Part shown: positions 1-20,849 of the stretch, piece by piece
How the letters are laid out: every line of letters starts with the position of its first letter
How positions within the stretch are numbered: the first letter of the stretch is position 1
Source of the DNA: Eimeria praecox
Taxonomy: Eukaryota
NCBI GenBank assembly: GCA_963920595.1
Contig: OY986948.1
Coordinates: forward strand, 2,852,001 to 2,916,000
Direction: 5' to 3'
Length of the DNA stretch: 64,000 nucleotides
The notes under the pieces: generated by a model
What the model saw: only the letters and a program-made list of their open reading frames with translations
What the model was told of the DNA's origin: nothing
Databases searched by the model: none
Program-made: the position numbers and the translations under genes

Positions 1-7903
<7,903 letters not shown>

Positions 7904-8953
7904 TAGTTTGATAGATTTTTTTGTTATTTAAATAAATAATAACAAATTTAAAATAAATATTATTTCAAAATTAAAAAAAAAACAAAGAAAAACAAGAAAA
8001 ATAAGATAAACATGCAATGGTCACATCATTGCGAGGCAGCAGTAGGAAGAACCCTAACATATATATCTTAAGATTGTTGTTTATTTATTTTTTATGTTTA
8101 ATATATGTATTTTTATGTATTTATTTATATATTAATATATTAAAATATTTATTTATTTAAATATATCTGAGGGTTTGAAAAGAAACCCTAATTAACAGTC
8201 ATTGCCGGCCTCGGACAACATGCAAGGTATACATAAGGCGTTTCAGGGTGTATTTCTGTGGTTTAAATTTAAATTTTTTGGTTTAAATATAATAAACTTT
8301 GTAATTAAATTAATTAATTTAAATTTTTCTTGAAAAATAACAAAAAAAACGCCGAAAACCCCCCTCATCATCATCGTCAGGGCTCAACCGCTAGGGCCCT
8401 GCTAGCCTTACTTGCTCTTGTCTGTACTTATCGAGTATAAGAATATTTACTAAGTATATTCTTTGTAAAACCCCACGAATATATTTAAATAAATAAATAT
8501 ATTTTAATAATTTATTATAAAAACAAATATTTATGCGAATCGCTGAGAGCTCAGCTCGCCCGCCGACTCGAAGGTCTTACGTTCACTATCTATTTATAAT
8601 TATTATTTATTTATTTATTTAGATTTAAATATTTAAATATTTATATATTTATATATTTATATATTTATATATTTATATATTTATATATTTATATATTTAT
8701 ATATTTATATATTTAATATGTATAGGATGGTGTGTCTGAGACTTGTCCCATACTCATATTATTTATCTACTATCAATTTTTTATTTTCTATTATAATTTA
8801 AGTAGATAATTATAACAAGAAATATTAATTAATATAATAGAAGAAGATATTTGTTGTCTGTCTCCTTGTTTGTTTTCTATACACTCTTCCTCACCCTCTC
8901 TTAATATATTCTTCTTTATCTATATCTTCTTCTCTATCTATCTATCTATCTAT

Positions 8954-9013
<60 letters not shown>

Positions 9014-9044
9014 CTATATATATATATATAGATATATATATCTA

Positions 9045-9105
<61 letters not shown>

Positions 9106-9670
9106 GTATATAGACACCTTACTTAAATTATTTTCTGCTGCAAGTGCTCGAGTGTATACGCATGTGCTGATTTGTATGTTTTGTTTTATTATTTTAAATA
9201 AAATATTTTATATTTACAAAGAAGGGTCCTTGTATAACTAGGATCGACTCTCTGACACTTCTCAGGTGTACAGACACCTCATTAGACTCTTCAGTTTCAT
9301 TTGTTTGTTTTATTTTAATATTATTTAGTTATATTTGATTATTTTGTCTATCTCGCTCTGTCTATGTTTAAACTAGCGGAGGGCATAGCCCACAGCACGA
9401 ACAACAAGCAGCAATATAACAATAAACAAAACTATAACGGCACTAATAACTATTATTATTATTATTTACTATTATGTAGATAGATAGGTAGATAGATATT
9501 ATATATATATATATATACTATTTCTATTATTATTACTATTATTATCATCGTTTTTATATTATTATTACCATTAATATTATTAATCATACTAAAATAACAA
9601 AGATAATAATAATAATAATAATAATATGAGCAATAATAATAATATTAATATTAATGATAATGATAATAAT

Positions 9671-9740
9671 AGTTGCCGGGAATCGAACGCGGGACCTCTC
9701 GCGAAGGCTGAGTGCCAACTACTGCGCCTTCGAGTGCCCC
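9671..9740 (-). pseudogene. tRNA-derived relic or SINE-like head, not an intact tRNA
   Basis: The minus strand reads GGGGCACTCGAAGGCGCAGTAGTTGGCACTCAGCCTTCGCGAGAGGTCCCGCGTTCGATTCCCGGCAACT. It has an A-box-like GGCGCAGTAGTTGG, B-box GTTCGATTC and a tRNA-type GCGAGAGGTCCC segment. The anticodon arm and 3' acceptor strand are missing, and a (TTA)-rich tail follows. Confidence 0.6.
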
Positions 9741-10038
9741 TGACGGCGCAGGTGTATGTGTACATACACCCCAAACCTGCGTCTGCTCTCTTTCTAAACC
9801 TCAGCCCTTTAATTATTTCTTGTAAAACAAATAATCAAAACAACAACAACAACAACAACAACACAACAAATTTATAAACAAACAACTCCCGCCCTCTGCA
9901 GCTAAGTGCAGCAGCAGCAAAAGAAGCCCCAATGCAGCAGCTGCAGCAGCAGGACATGTTCCTGCTGCTGCTGCTATTGCTGCTGCTATCTAATGCTTCC
10001 AATGCTGCTGCTGCTGCCGCTGCTGCTGCTGCTGCTGC

Positions 10039-10069
<31 letters not shown>

Positions 10070-10079
10070 AGATAATCCC

Positions 10080-13000
10080 TCAGTTATGAAGATACGCCCT
10101 GCGTATATCTTTGGGATCAAATTGTGTTTCTGCAGCAGCCGCAAAAACAAACAAGAGACAGAAACCCTCAACACACGTACACTCGGACAGTTAGCTAGCT
10201 AGCTAGCTAGCTAGCTGGCTAGCTAGCTAGCTATGTGGGTGGGTAGCTAGCTAGCGAGCTGCTGACTATCGAACAGATGGGCTCCGAAGCTAAACCCTAA
10301 ACCCTAAACCCTAAACCCTAAACCCTAAACCTTGACGGACTGCAATGAGGGCATTTGCGGTTTCGGGCCTTTACGTTCTTCTCTATGCACTCTGCAAACC
10401 ACACACGCACCTTAAACCCTAAACCCTAAACCCTAAACCCTAAACCCTAAACCCTAACCTCTAAACCCTAGAGCGGCGTCCCCATGCCTGTCATGACCTG
10501 CTCTATCGCCCTGTCGCACTGCCCTTCAAAAGTGGAACCACAGAGACCCTAAACCCTAACCCCCAAACCCCAAACCCTAAACCCTAAACCCTAAACCCTA
10601 AACCCTAAACCCTAAACCCTAGATTACCTTGGCAGAACATGTGGCCACACTTCACGAGCACGTGGTCTTTGAAGCGTTCAGTGCAAACGCCACAGAGCAA
10701 TCGCCGCTGAGATGCGCCCACAACCAACAATCTAAACCCTAAACCCTAAACCCTAAACCCTAAACCCTAAACCCTAAACCCTCGAAGTGTTCTATTATGA
10801 GCAAACCCTAAACAGCTTCTCACGCGCATCGTGTCGTTCTCCTCTTGCAGCAAATTGTTGATAGCCAACGAAGGATCTTCAGAGGCAGCCAGAACTGCAA
10901 ACACCATCCCAAACCCTAAACCCTAAACCCTAAACCCTAAACCCTAAACCCTAAACCACCACCAACGCCGACCCCTGCCTACTAAACCCTGAAGCCTCGC
11001 TGGACTTTTGCATTGTTCTTAGATTTCTGTGCTTCCCACCCCCTAAACCCTAAACCCTCTAAACCCTAAACCCCCTAAACCCTAAGCCCTCTAATCCAAA
11101 CGAGATAACAGCCTTCCTTAGGGTTTAGGGTTTAGGGTTTAGGGTTATTAGTTACGTCGTTTTCGTTCTTGTTTCTCGTGTCTTTCTTTGAGTTTTTGAA
11201 GCCGTTTGTCTGCTTCAGCTCTCGCCTCTGTTTGCTTTCGTAAAGATGCCTCAAGAGAAAATAGTTTTGTTTGGTGTTGCTCAATTACCCCCTCAAACGC
11301 CTGAAAAAACATAAACCCTAAACCCTAAACCCTAAACCCTAAACCCTAAACCCTAAACCCTAAACCCTAAACCCTAAACCCTACACCCTACACCCTAAAC
11401 CCTACATCCGAAGATGGGCAGAAATCCAGGATCTGCAACGATCTGAAGCCCTCAAGGAGGCGTCATAGACAGGACTTGTGCTAGGGTTTAGGGTTTAGAT
11501 ATCGCTAGGGTTTACATACGAGATCTTGACATCCCCATTATAACAAAGTATTTGGGGTTTAGGGCTTAGATTGTGTGCTGATTCAGGGTTTTGGGTTTGC
11601 GAGGGTTTAGGGTTTAGGGGTTGAGGAGACGTAGGGTTTGCTAGGGTTGAGAGTTTGAGAAGGCCTAAAGTTTACTAGGGTTTAGGGTTTAGGGTTTAGG
11701 GTTTAGGGTTTAGGGTTTTCATGCGGCTTCTGCTCACTTTGTTTGTCTCGCTCAGAAGCTGCAGTTCGCGCGCCATTTCATCGTTCTGCAAGGACAGCCC
11801 TCAAACCCTAAACCCTAAACCCTAAACCCTAGACCCTAGACCCTAAACCCTAAACCCTAAACCCTGGGGTTTGCAGCTACATCTGCTGTCTGACCGTCTT
11901 AAACAATTTTTCTCTTTCCGCCCGCAGAGCCTCAAAGCAACTCGCAATTTCATCGCGTTGTTGATCTGCCACTGCCTGGATACAACCCACAAACCCTAAA
12001 CCCTAAACCCTAAACCCTAAACCCTAAACCCTAAACCCCAAATCCTAAATCCTAAAACCATAAACCCTAATTCAAAGCTCTAGACCCTAAACCATAAACC
12101 ATACACCCTAAACCCTAAACCCTAAACCACAAACCCTAGAACCATAAACCCTAATTCAAACTCTAAACCCTAAACCCTAAACCCTAGAACCATAAACCCT
12201 AATTCAAACCTCTAAACCCTAAAAGCCTTAGCCCAAAACCCTAAACCCTAAACCCTTAACCGTAAACCCATAAATTCTACTTCAAAGCCCTAAACCCTCA
12301 AACCCTCAAACCCTAAACCCTAAACCCTAAACCCTAAACCCTAAACCCTAAACCCTTACAGCTCTGTGTTGAGCTTGTTGTAGAGCTTCAGAAAAAGCCC
12401 TTGTCTTCGTAGCGAGTTGATCGATGTGCTGTTTCTCCAGCTGCAGCTTCTGTTCTTGCAAACGCCCAATACGCTGCAGCAGCTGCTGCTGCTGCAGTGC
12501 TGCTTCTGCTGCTGCCTTCTGTTGCTGCAGCACCTCGTCCCTGAACACCAGCAGCAGCAATAGCAGCAGCAGCAATAGCAGCAGCAGCAAACCCATAATT
12601 AGCTGCTGCTGCTGCAGCAGCAAGTACAACAAACCATAGTCTCTTCCCCTCAGCAGCAGCAACAGCAGTTGGTGGCGCTGCTGCTGCTGCTAGTGCTGCT
12701 GGGAAGACTGCTCCTGCTGCTGCTGGTACGGTTGCTGCTGCTGCTCGTGCTGCTGCTGCTGCTGCTGCTGGTACGGTTGCTGCTGCTGCTGCTCCTGCTG
12801 CTGCTGCTGCTGCTGCTGCTTCTGAAAGCCTTACCTCTCCCTGAGCTGTTTCAGCAGATTCTCGCAGTGTGTCTGTCTTTCTTCAAATGCCTTCGACACC
12901 TCCTCCAGCTCCTCTGTTACGTGAGAGTATTGCTGCAGCAGCAGCAGCAGCAACAACAGCAGCAACAGCAGCAGCAGCAGCAACAGCAACAGCAGCAACA

Positions 13001-13611
13001 GCAGCAGCTATTTCGCCGTCCCTATACTGGGCTTTGCTGTGTCTTTCTGTCAATAACTGCTGTTTTGTTTGTCCCTTCGTCTTTGCTGCTTATACTGCTG
13101 CTGCTGTTGCTGCTGCTGTTGCTGCTGCTGTTGCTGTTGCTGCTGCTGCTGCTGCTGCTGCTGGTGGTGGTGGTTTTCTGTCTCGACAAGTGTTCATAGA
13201 CACAAATATAAATATTAGATATTAAATATAAATATAAATAATAATAATAATAATAATAATTTAATGTATAAATAAATATAAATAGTCTTATCCTATCTTC
13301 TGTCTCACCTGCCGCAGCTCTGTCACCTCCGCCTCTAAACCCTGCTGCTCGCTCAGCCGCCTTTGTAATGCCTGTCATTCACAGCAGCAGCAACAGCAAC
13401 AGCAGCAGCAGCAGCAGCAGCAACAGCAATAGCAGCAGCAGGAACAGCAGCAGCAACAGCAGCAGCAGCAACAGCAGCAGCAGCAACAGCAGCAGCAGCA
13501 ACAGCAGCAGCAATTAGAACCCGAATGACGAAGGGAAGCAAAAAGCACGAACAGCTGTCTGCTGCTGCTGCTGCTGCTGCTGCCACTACTACTACTACTG
13601 CTGCTGCTGCT

Positions 13612-13651
<40 letters not shown>

Positions 13652-13726
13652 CTGCTACTGCTACTGCTACTGCTGCTGCTACTGCTGCTGCTGCTACTGC
13701 TGCTGCTGCTACTGCTGCTGCTGCCT

Positions 13727-13785
<59 letters not shown>

Positions 13786-14152
13786 ACTTCTGCTGCTGCT
13801 ACTGCTGCTGCTGCCTTGGGGGCGTACGCGCAGTTCGATGTGGAGCAGCGAGTCTTCAGACGAAGCTGCAGCACCGCTTGGCTTTGCTTCTGTATCTTTG
13901 GAATCATCTTTTGCTGCTGCTGCTGCTGCTGCTGCTGCTGGGTTCTCTGCTGCTGCTGCTGCTGCTGGTGCTGCCGCTGTGTCTCCTCCTGCTGCTGGTG
14001 TCGCTGCCGTGTCTGCTGCTGCTGCATCTGCTGCTGCGGTTGCTGATCCGGTTGGTGTTCGCTTGTCTGCTGCTGCTGCTGGTGCTGCTGCTGACGTATT
14101 TGTTGTCGCTGCTGTTGCTGCTGAGGTATCTGCTGCTGCTGCTGCTGCTGGT

Positions 14153-14191
<39 letters not shown>

Positions 14192-14293
14192 CCATCTGCC
14201 TGAATCGATGCCTTCAGACGGAGACAATTCATTTCCTGCAGCAAACTCGACACGCAGGCACAAAAACTGCAGCAGCAACAGCAGCAGCAGCAA

Positions 14294-14339
<46 letters not shown>

Positions 14340-14653
14340 AGCGGCAGCAACAGCAGCAACGAAAACAACAGCAGCAAAAACAACAACAAAACAACAACAG
14401 CAGCAAACCCAACAATAAGAGCAACAGAAGAAGCAGCAGCAAGACCACCAAAGGCGATAGCAACAGCAACAGCAGCAGCAGAAACAGCAGCAGCAGCAGC
14501 AGCAGCAGAAACAGCAGCAGCATAGGGTGTACGTACAGACAACTTCAAGGCTTCTATTATTCTCTGCTTCTCTGCCTTCAGCCGTTCATTTCTCACTGTA
14601 GTAAATCCGCAGCAGCAGCAGCACACAAACGCAATATGCAGCAGCAGCAGCAA

Positions 14654-14685
<32 letters not shown>

Positions 14686-14993
14686 GTAGGCATGTGCAGC
14701 ATGCAGCAGCAGCAGCAGCAGCAACAACCGAATCACAAGCATCGGCAGCATCTCCGTCAGCAGCAGCACTCAGCGTACAGAAACAGCAGCAGGAACAGCA
14801 ACATCATCTGCAGCAACAGCAGCAGCAATAGCAGCAAGAAGAGCAACAGCAGCACCAACAGCAGCACCACCAGCAGCGCCAGCACCACCAGCAGCAACTG
14901 CAGCACCAACAGCAGCACCAACAGCAGCACCACCAGCAGCACCAGCACCAACAGCACCAGCAGCAGCAACAGCAGCACCAGCAAGAACAGGAA

Positions 14994-15040
<47 letters not shown>

Positions 15041-15947
15041 GGACGACGGACATAGGACTTGGTTGCTAGCATTCTTAAGTTGATCGAATTGAATCTTTAA
15101 TTGCATTTGCTGCAGCGCTCGGAGAGAAGCAGCAGACTCAAACTGCTGCTGCAGCTGCCGTGCTGCTGTGAGCTGCTCCTTCAGCAGCAGCAGCTGCATG
15201 CATGCAAACAAAATATTATATTATATTATATTATATTATATTATATTATATTATATTATATTATATTATATTATATTATATTATATTATATTATATTATA
15301 TTATATTATATTATATTATATTATATTATATTATATTATATTATATTATATTATATTATATTATATTATATTATATTATATTATATTATATTATATTATA
15401 TTATATTATATTATATTATATTATATTATATTATGTTATGTTATGTTATGTTATATTATATTATATTATATTATATTATATTATATTATATTATATTATA
15501 TTATATTATATTATATTATATTATATTATATTATATTATATTATATTATATTATATTATATTATATTATATTATATTATATTATATTATATTATATTATA
15601 TTATATTATATTATATTATATTATATTATATTATATTATATTATGTTATATTATACTATATTATACTAATAATATATTATATTATTATATATTATTATGT
15701 AATATATAAACAATTAAAAACAAAGACGGAGAGATAATAGCAGCAAATAAACAAATGAAGTAAAATAAAAACAGAACATTACAAAATATTATTTGTTTGA
15801 TCACCGGTCGACTAGGGTTTAGGGTTTAGGGTTTAGGGTTTAGGGTTTAGGGTTTAGGGTTTAGGGTTTGGGTCTGAACAGAATATTAAAGCAAATGATT
15901 GAGTACAAACAAAACAAAAAAACAAAATCAGTAAAAACAAATAAATA

Positions 15948-15978
<31 letters not shown>

Positions 15979-16967
15979 AAATATATAAATAAATAAAATA
16001 AAATAAAATAAAATAAATAATAAATATATTATTAAATATATTTATATAAGCATTATAACACTACCTCTTTTGCTGCTGCATCTTTTGCTGCTCTAAGAGT
16101 ATGATTTTCTTCTAATAAAGAAGAAACACGTTCAGATAGCTGTTCCCTCGCCTCTGTCTGCTTCCTCTGCATGCAGCCCCAAACCCTAAACCCTAAACCC
16201 TAAACCCTAAACCCTAAACCCTAAACCCTAAACCCTAGTCGGCAGGTAATAAAACAACTAACAGAAACATCCCTGTACTGTACTGCAAATAATAAACAAT
16301 ATCTGCAAAGGGTTTAGGGTCTATAAAACCACTCAAATAAACAAATACTGATTCTACGGTTTAGGGTTTAGGGTTTAGGGTTTAGGGTTTAGGGTTTCTA
16401 TTACAGCCAGTTCCTCGAAGGCTGTGTCTGCTTTGCTCTGCTCCTCAAGCAACTCTCGACGCAACTCCTCAACCTCAGCAGTCTTCGCCGCCTTCATTCG
16501 CAAACCCTAAACCCTAAACCCTAAACCCTAAACCCTAAACCCTAAACCCTATATACACCTCAGCCCCGCATATTGCATGCAAGGGAGATATCGTAAACCC
16601 TAAACCCTAATTTCTAAGCCGCATGCATGCCGCAAACTCTATACCTATTCTCTGTACTCTGTTCGTGTTAACCCCCAACCCTAAACCCTAAACCCTAAAC
16701 CCTAAACCCTAAACCCTAAACCCTAGGTTATCGCTAACCAGCTGAGCATCTCTTTGCGCGCATAACTGTTGCAGCTCGATGAAAGGAGGACTCCTCATAA
16801 TCTGCATGCGTTTAAGAGTAGACAATGCTGCGGCTTCGTCTGCTGTCTTTCTAAGTTTTTGCTGCTCTTCTAATAGCTGCTGCAGCTGTTCCTCCTTCTG
16901 CTGCAGCTGAACTCGCAACACTGCAGCAGCAGCAGCAGACTCGTCATCACTTGCCATATCCTCTTCC

Positions 16968-17008
<41 letters not shown>

Positions 17009-17062
17009 GTCGGTTCGCGTGGCCTCCGAAGCCCCAGGGGTGGATGCGGGCGAGCCCTTGGC

Positions 17063-17093
<31 letters not shown>

Positions 17094-17527
17094 TCTGTTG
17101 CTGCTGCTTGCTGCTGCTGCTGCTGCGGAGTTGCTGCTGCATCAGTCGGTTCAATCTCATCAGAAACCTCTTCGCCTCGTATTGCTGCAGTTAGTAATGC
17201 AGCAGCAGCAGGGGATCCTGCTGCAGCTCGCAGCAGCACTTGCTGCTTCTTCAATCGCGAAACTTCTAGCTCTGCTGCTGCTGCTGCTGCTTGCTGCTGC
17301 TGCTGCTGCTGCTCCAGCAAACGAGCCCTCGTCCTCCACCTACCAACACGCAGCCGTAAACGCCGCACAGCTGCCTGCAGCGCCAGGCATCTCGGGCACA
17401 TACCTGCTGCTGCTGCTGCTGCTGCAGCTGCTGCTGCTGCTGCAGCTGCTGCTGCTGCTGCTTCGGGCTTTGCAGAAGCATCTCTTGAGGTGGAAGCCGA
17501 AGCTGATGTGGGTGCAGCTGTCGCAGC

Positions 17528-17568
<41 letters not shown>

Positions 17569-17841
17569 TGCTGCTCTCGCTCTTGTCTCCCTCGGCAGCG
17601 GGCGAAGCCTTGCTACCACCAGCAGCAGTATCAGCAGCAGCAGCAGCAGCAGCAGGTGATGGTGCTGCCTCTGACTTGCATGCATTTGCTGCTGTCGATG
17701 CAGGGCCCCCTGAGGCGCGGGATATGAGCAGCAGCAGAATCTGCTGCAGCAGCTCGGCAGTCCAATTCCTGTGTGTTAGCAGCCGCTGCTTCAGTTGCTG
17801 CAACTCGCTTGAAGGCTCGCTGCTGCTGCTGTTGCTGCTGC

Positions 17842-17872
<31 letters not shown>

Positions 17873-17966
17873 GCTGGTGCCGTTAGGTAACGATACGGTT
17901 GTGGCAGAGCCAGCACGTAGCAAGACAGAGAAGGCGTCATCTTCGTCCTCTGAGCTCACCTCACCT

Positions 17967-18012
<46 letters not shown>

Positions 18013-18126
18013 GTTTGCTGCTGCTGCTGCTCGCAGGTACGCTGCTGTCGAAGAGACAGAGACCTGCGCAAGCAACACCAACAATTGCTGCTGAAGCAGC
18101 GTGATGTATGCTCCAAGCAGCAGCAA

Positions 18127-18172
<46 letters not shown>

Positions 18173-18310
18173 AGCAGCAGCAACAGCAGCAGCAACAGCA
18201 GCAGCAGCAGGTCGTTCTGATTACCTGGTCGCTGAAGCAACGCCTGCAAGTTTCTCTGCAGCAAAGGGTCTTGGTGCTGCTGCTGTTTTTGCTGCTGCTC
18301 TTGCTGCTGT

Positions 18311-18345
<35 letters not shown>

Positions 18346-18875
18346 CGGCAGCTGTTTTTGCTGCTGCTGTTGTTGCTGCTGCGCTAACAACAGCATGAGG
18401 TCTGCATTTAAAGCAGCCCAAGCCTCAGCAACAGCAGCAGCACATTTTGTTGCGTCTGCTGTTTGCTGCTGCTGCTGCTGCAGCTGCCGCCGAGTCAAAG
18501 TCAGCTGTCTGCGATATTCATGCAGCGCCCCACGCTGCTGCACCACCACCCTCGCCAGCAGCTCATCATCCTGAAAACCAACAAAAATATATATTTGAGG
18601 TGTACGTACACCCGAAGGTACGCTACATACATAACATACTGTAGAGCCCAAACCCTAAACCCTAACACCTCTTGAAAGGTTCTGGCTTTTGTATGCTGGT
18701 ATACTCCGACTCAACGAGGAAATGTATAAACCCTAAACCCTAAACCCTAAACCCTAAACCCTAAACCCTAAACCCTAAACCCTACCTCGAGAGGCAACTT
18801 CTCTCTACATTCGTCAGAGTCCTCCTGGGGCTTGCGCTTACGCTTTGCCTGCGAGGCAGCTGGGGTCAGCGCCAT
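10080..18875 (-). CDS. BRE1: BRE1/RNF20/40-like E3 ubiquitin ligase (long coiled coil plus C-terminal C3HC4 RING)
   Basis: GCCGCCATGG start at 18875 (MALTPAASQAKRKRKP, NLS-like). Spliced exons give ELEEVSKAFEERQTHCENLLKQLRERDE, a BRE1-type segment, and the terminal RRLLCGVCTERFKDHVLVKCGHMFCQECIEKNVKARNRKCPHCKTQFDPKDIRRAYLHN*. Stop at 10080-10082; about 17 exons. Confidence 0.85.
10193..10260. repeat. (AGCT)n palindromic tetramer array; others at about 29333-29362, 31779-31878, 33103-33135 and 36526-36572
   Basis: AGCTAGCTAGCT runs. Confidence 0.88.
10291..12356. repeat. Cluster of intronic telomere-like heptamer arrays, in both orientations, within BRE1 3' introns
   Basis: Arrays at about 10291, 10414, 10545, 10733, 10911, 11040, 11118(rev), 11313, 11482-11718(rev), 11803 and 11991-12356. 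Confidence 0.95.
15214..15665. repeat. (TTATA)n pentamer satellite of about 450 bp with a few TTATG variants
   Basis: About 90 tandem copies, about 20 nt from a BRE1 3' splice site. Confidence 0.97.
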
Positions 18876-19075
18876 GGCGGCTTTCCATACCCCCTAGCAC
18901 AAGCCCTAAACCCTAAACCCTAAACCCTAAACCCTAGAGGCAGAAGCCTGGGGGCCCATCGAGTCTTTGGGAGGGAGTCGCTCATTCCCAAGTCTTCGCG
19001 CCTAAGCTGTTCATGTGAAACCTTAGTAAACCCTAAACACTAAATCCTAAACCCTAAACCCTAAACCCTAAACCC
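15814..19075. repeat. Further telomere-like arrays in BRE1 5' introns and upstream region
   Basis: Arrays at about 15814(rev), 16181, 16358(rev), 16502, 16677, 18728, 18904 and 19028. Confidence 0.93.
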
Positions 19076-20011
19076 TTGATCTGCGAAGGTTGTGTCACCA
19101 GTTCAGGCTGCCTTCCCTCGCTTCACCCTACAGCCCCAAGAGCTAGGTTGTTGTTTGCATGCGTTTATGTGTGGAAATATGTTTTTAATTCGAAATATTT
19201 TCTGTATTTTCAATTTGTTTTATATTTTTATTTTACTTATAATGCCAAACATACGTAGCATCAGAGATCGCATCAGCACCCCGTAGGATTCATATTGAAT
19301 AGCCTCTCTATGAGCTGCTACTGCAGCGGTTGTATTATGTTGTTTTATTGTATATTTTTGCTTGTATGTGCTTTAATTACTGTGAACGGAAGAAATATTT
19401 AACAACTAGATACAGTTTTAGTACATGCATAGAGAAAGGGTTGATGTTTGTAGGCACGCATGCATGCATGATAGCCTTACAGGAGAAGTTGGAGCAACTA
19501 TTGCCGCTCATACAGAGTCTGCTTCTTCCTCTCAGCATCAGCAGCCCCATCCCTTTGTGCTGCCGTGTCTAGGGGTCCTGGAGACTAAGGGCGGGAGGGG
19601 GAGGGGGGGGGGGGGGGTTCTCGTTCTCTAAAGTGCTTGTATCCTCTTGCAGCTCACGTCTGTTGTTGAGTAGGACTGGAGACCCTCGTATCAGTTTCTT
19701 TTGCTGTGTATTTTCTTGCTGGAAGGCTTGGCATGGGTAATCCAAATACAAACACGTGTCTTCCTTGGCTCAAGAAGAGGGGGCGCTTGTTGGGGGAGTG
19801 CATGTGTTGCTGCTGAAGTGATTTTGTCCGCTGTTGCAAACGTGAAAATATTAAGCAGACTTGGAAGTTTATAGGCAGCTTCTAACAAGGACACTCGGCC
19901 TTTCAATAAAAACAAATGACTTGAGAAATAATTCTTAAAGGCACCTTTAACCTCCCCTCCAGTTGGGGGCACAGCAGCACCAATGCCTGAGGTTGCTGCA
20001 GGGAGGCCTGC

Positions 20012-20553
20012 TGTCATGAGTTGTAGAGCTCCAACAGCTGCAAGATAATTGCGCATGCATGCATTTTCAATCCCCAAGAAATAACATAGTGGGCGACTGT
20101 TAGATACAGCTCCCACAGTAGCCAGTTTACGTGCAGGCCAGAGTACCCATTGCCGAAGCCCCACGGGGCATCTAGACGGCAATTTCTCCCTGAACAGCTC
20201 ATGCCTTGTGGGCCTTCCTGCTTAACAAGGCCTGGATGCACTGTGGGGAAGAAACGAGATAGCGAAAGGGGCGCAAAACCCAAGCACGCAAAAGGGAAGG
20301 GGAAATAAATGACAAGCAAGCAAGGAGAGTAGCTATATCAGCTGATGCTCCTTCTATTTGCTGCTTGTGACACTTAGCGTATTTTACTGCGCCAGGCACA
20401 CGAAGTGCTGTTTCGGTCAGTAAGGTGCGTTTTGGCTTGCTTCGGTGGTGGTGGCTGCGTTTAAGCGTGGTCATACAAACCCAGCCCAAAATGTGTAGTG
20501 AGCTACCGCTTACGCACAGTGTTAAAGCCACAGGGATTCCATTGGTCGTGACA
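20012..20553. mobile_element. Candidate LTR bounded by TGTCATGA...TCGTGACA
   Basis: 8-bp near-perfect terminal inverted repeat with TG...CA ends and an internal AATAAA near 20304. The left end resembles motifs at 58661 and 58991, and it lies next to the pol relic. No clean target-site duplication. Confidence 0.45.
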
Positions 20554-20849
20554 GCCTAAAAGTTTCCCCTGTCCCAGTACATAAAAGTAATGAAAACGTT
20601 GTCGTTGGCGGAGGCTCGTTAGCCGTAGGTAGCGGGAGGCCCACGTATCACAGCGGGGAATTCATCCAGTCCGGCGAGAGCGTAGGTATAAAGCTATGGT
20701 CCCCTCAATACGCGTTATAGAGAAAGTCTCAGCAAAAGCATGGCCCGAAGTTTCTCTGTACGATGCATGCCCACCCTTGTATTTGCGGCCGCTGAGTGCT
20801 GAGAGGCATGTAAGGGCTTCTAAGAAGCCGCTTTGAGCAAGCAATGCAT

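Noticed and set aside
9671..9740. Functional tRNA gene
   Set aside because: No anticodon arm, no pairing acceptor stem, and a mismatch in the T-stem.
10291..12356. CRISPR-like repeat/spacer array
   Set aside because: The unique segments between the repeats are BRE1 exons and intron cores, the repeats vary in length and orientation, and the genome is eukaryotic.
15101..15737. YYIIL-repeat ORFs
   Set aside because: Translation of the (TTATA)n satellite.
19589..19617. Poly-G run as a regulatory G-quadruplex
   Set aside because: An isolated homopolymer, prone to sequencing error, with no supporting context.
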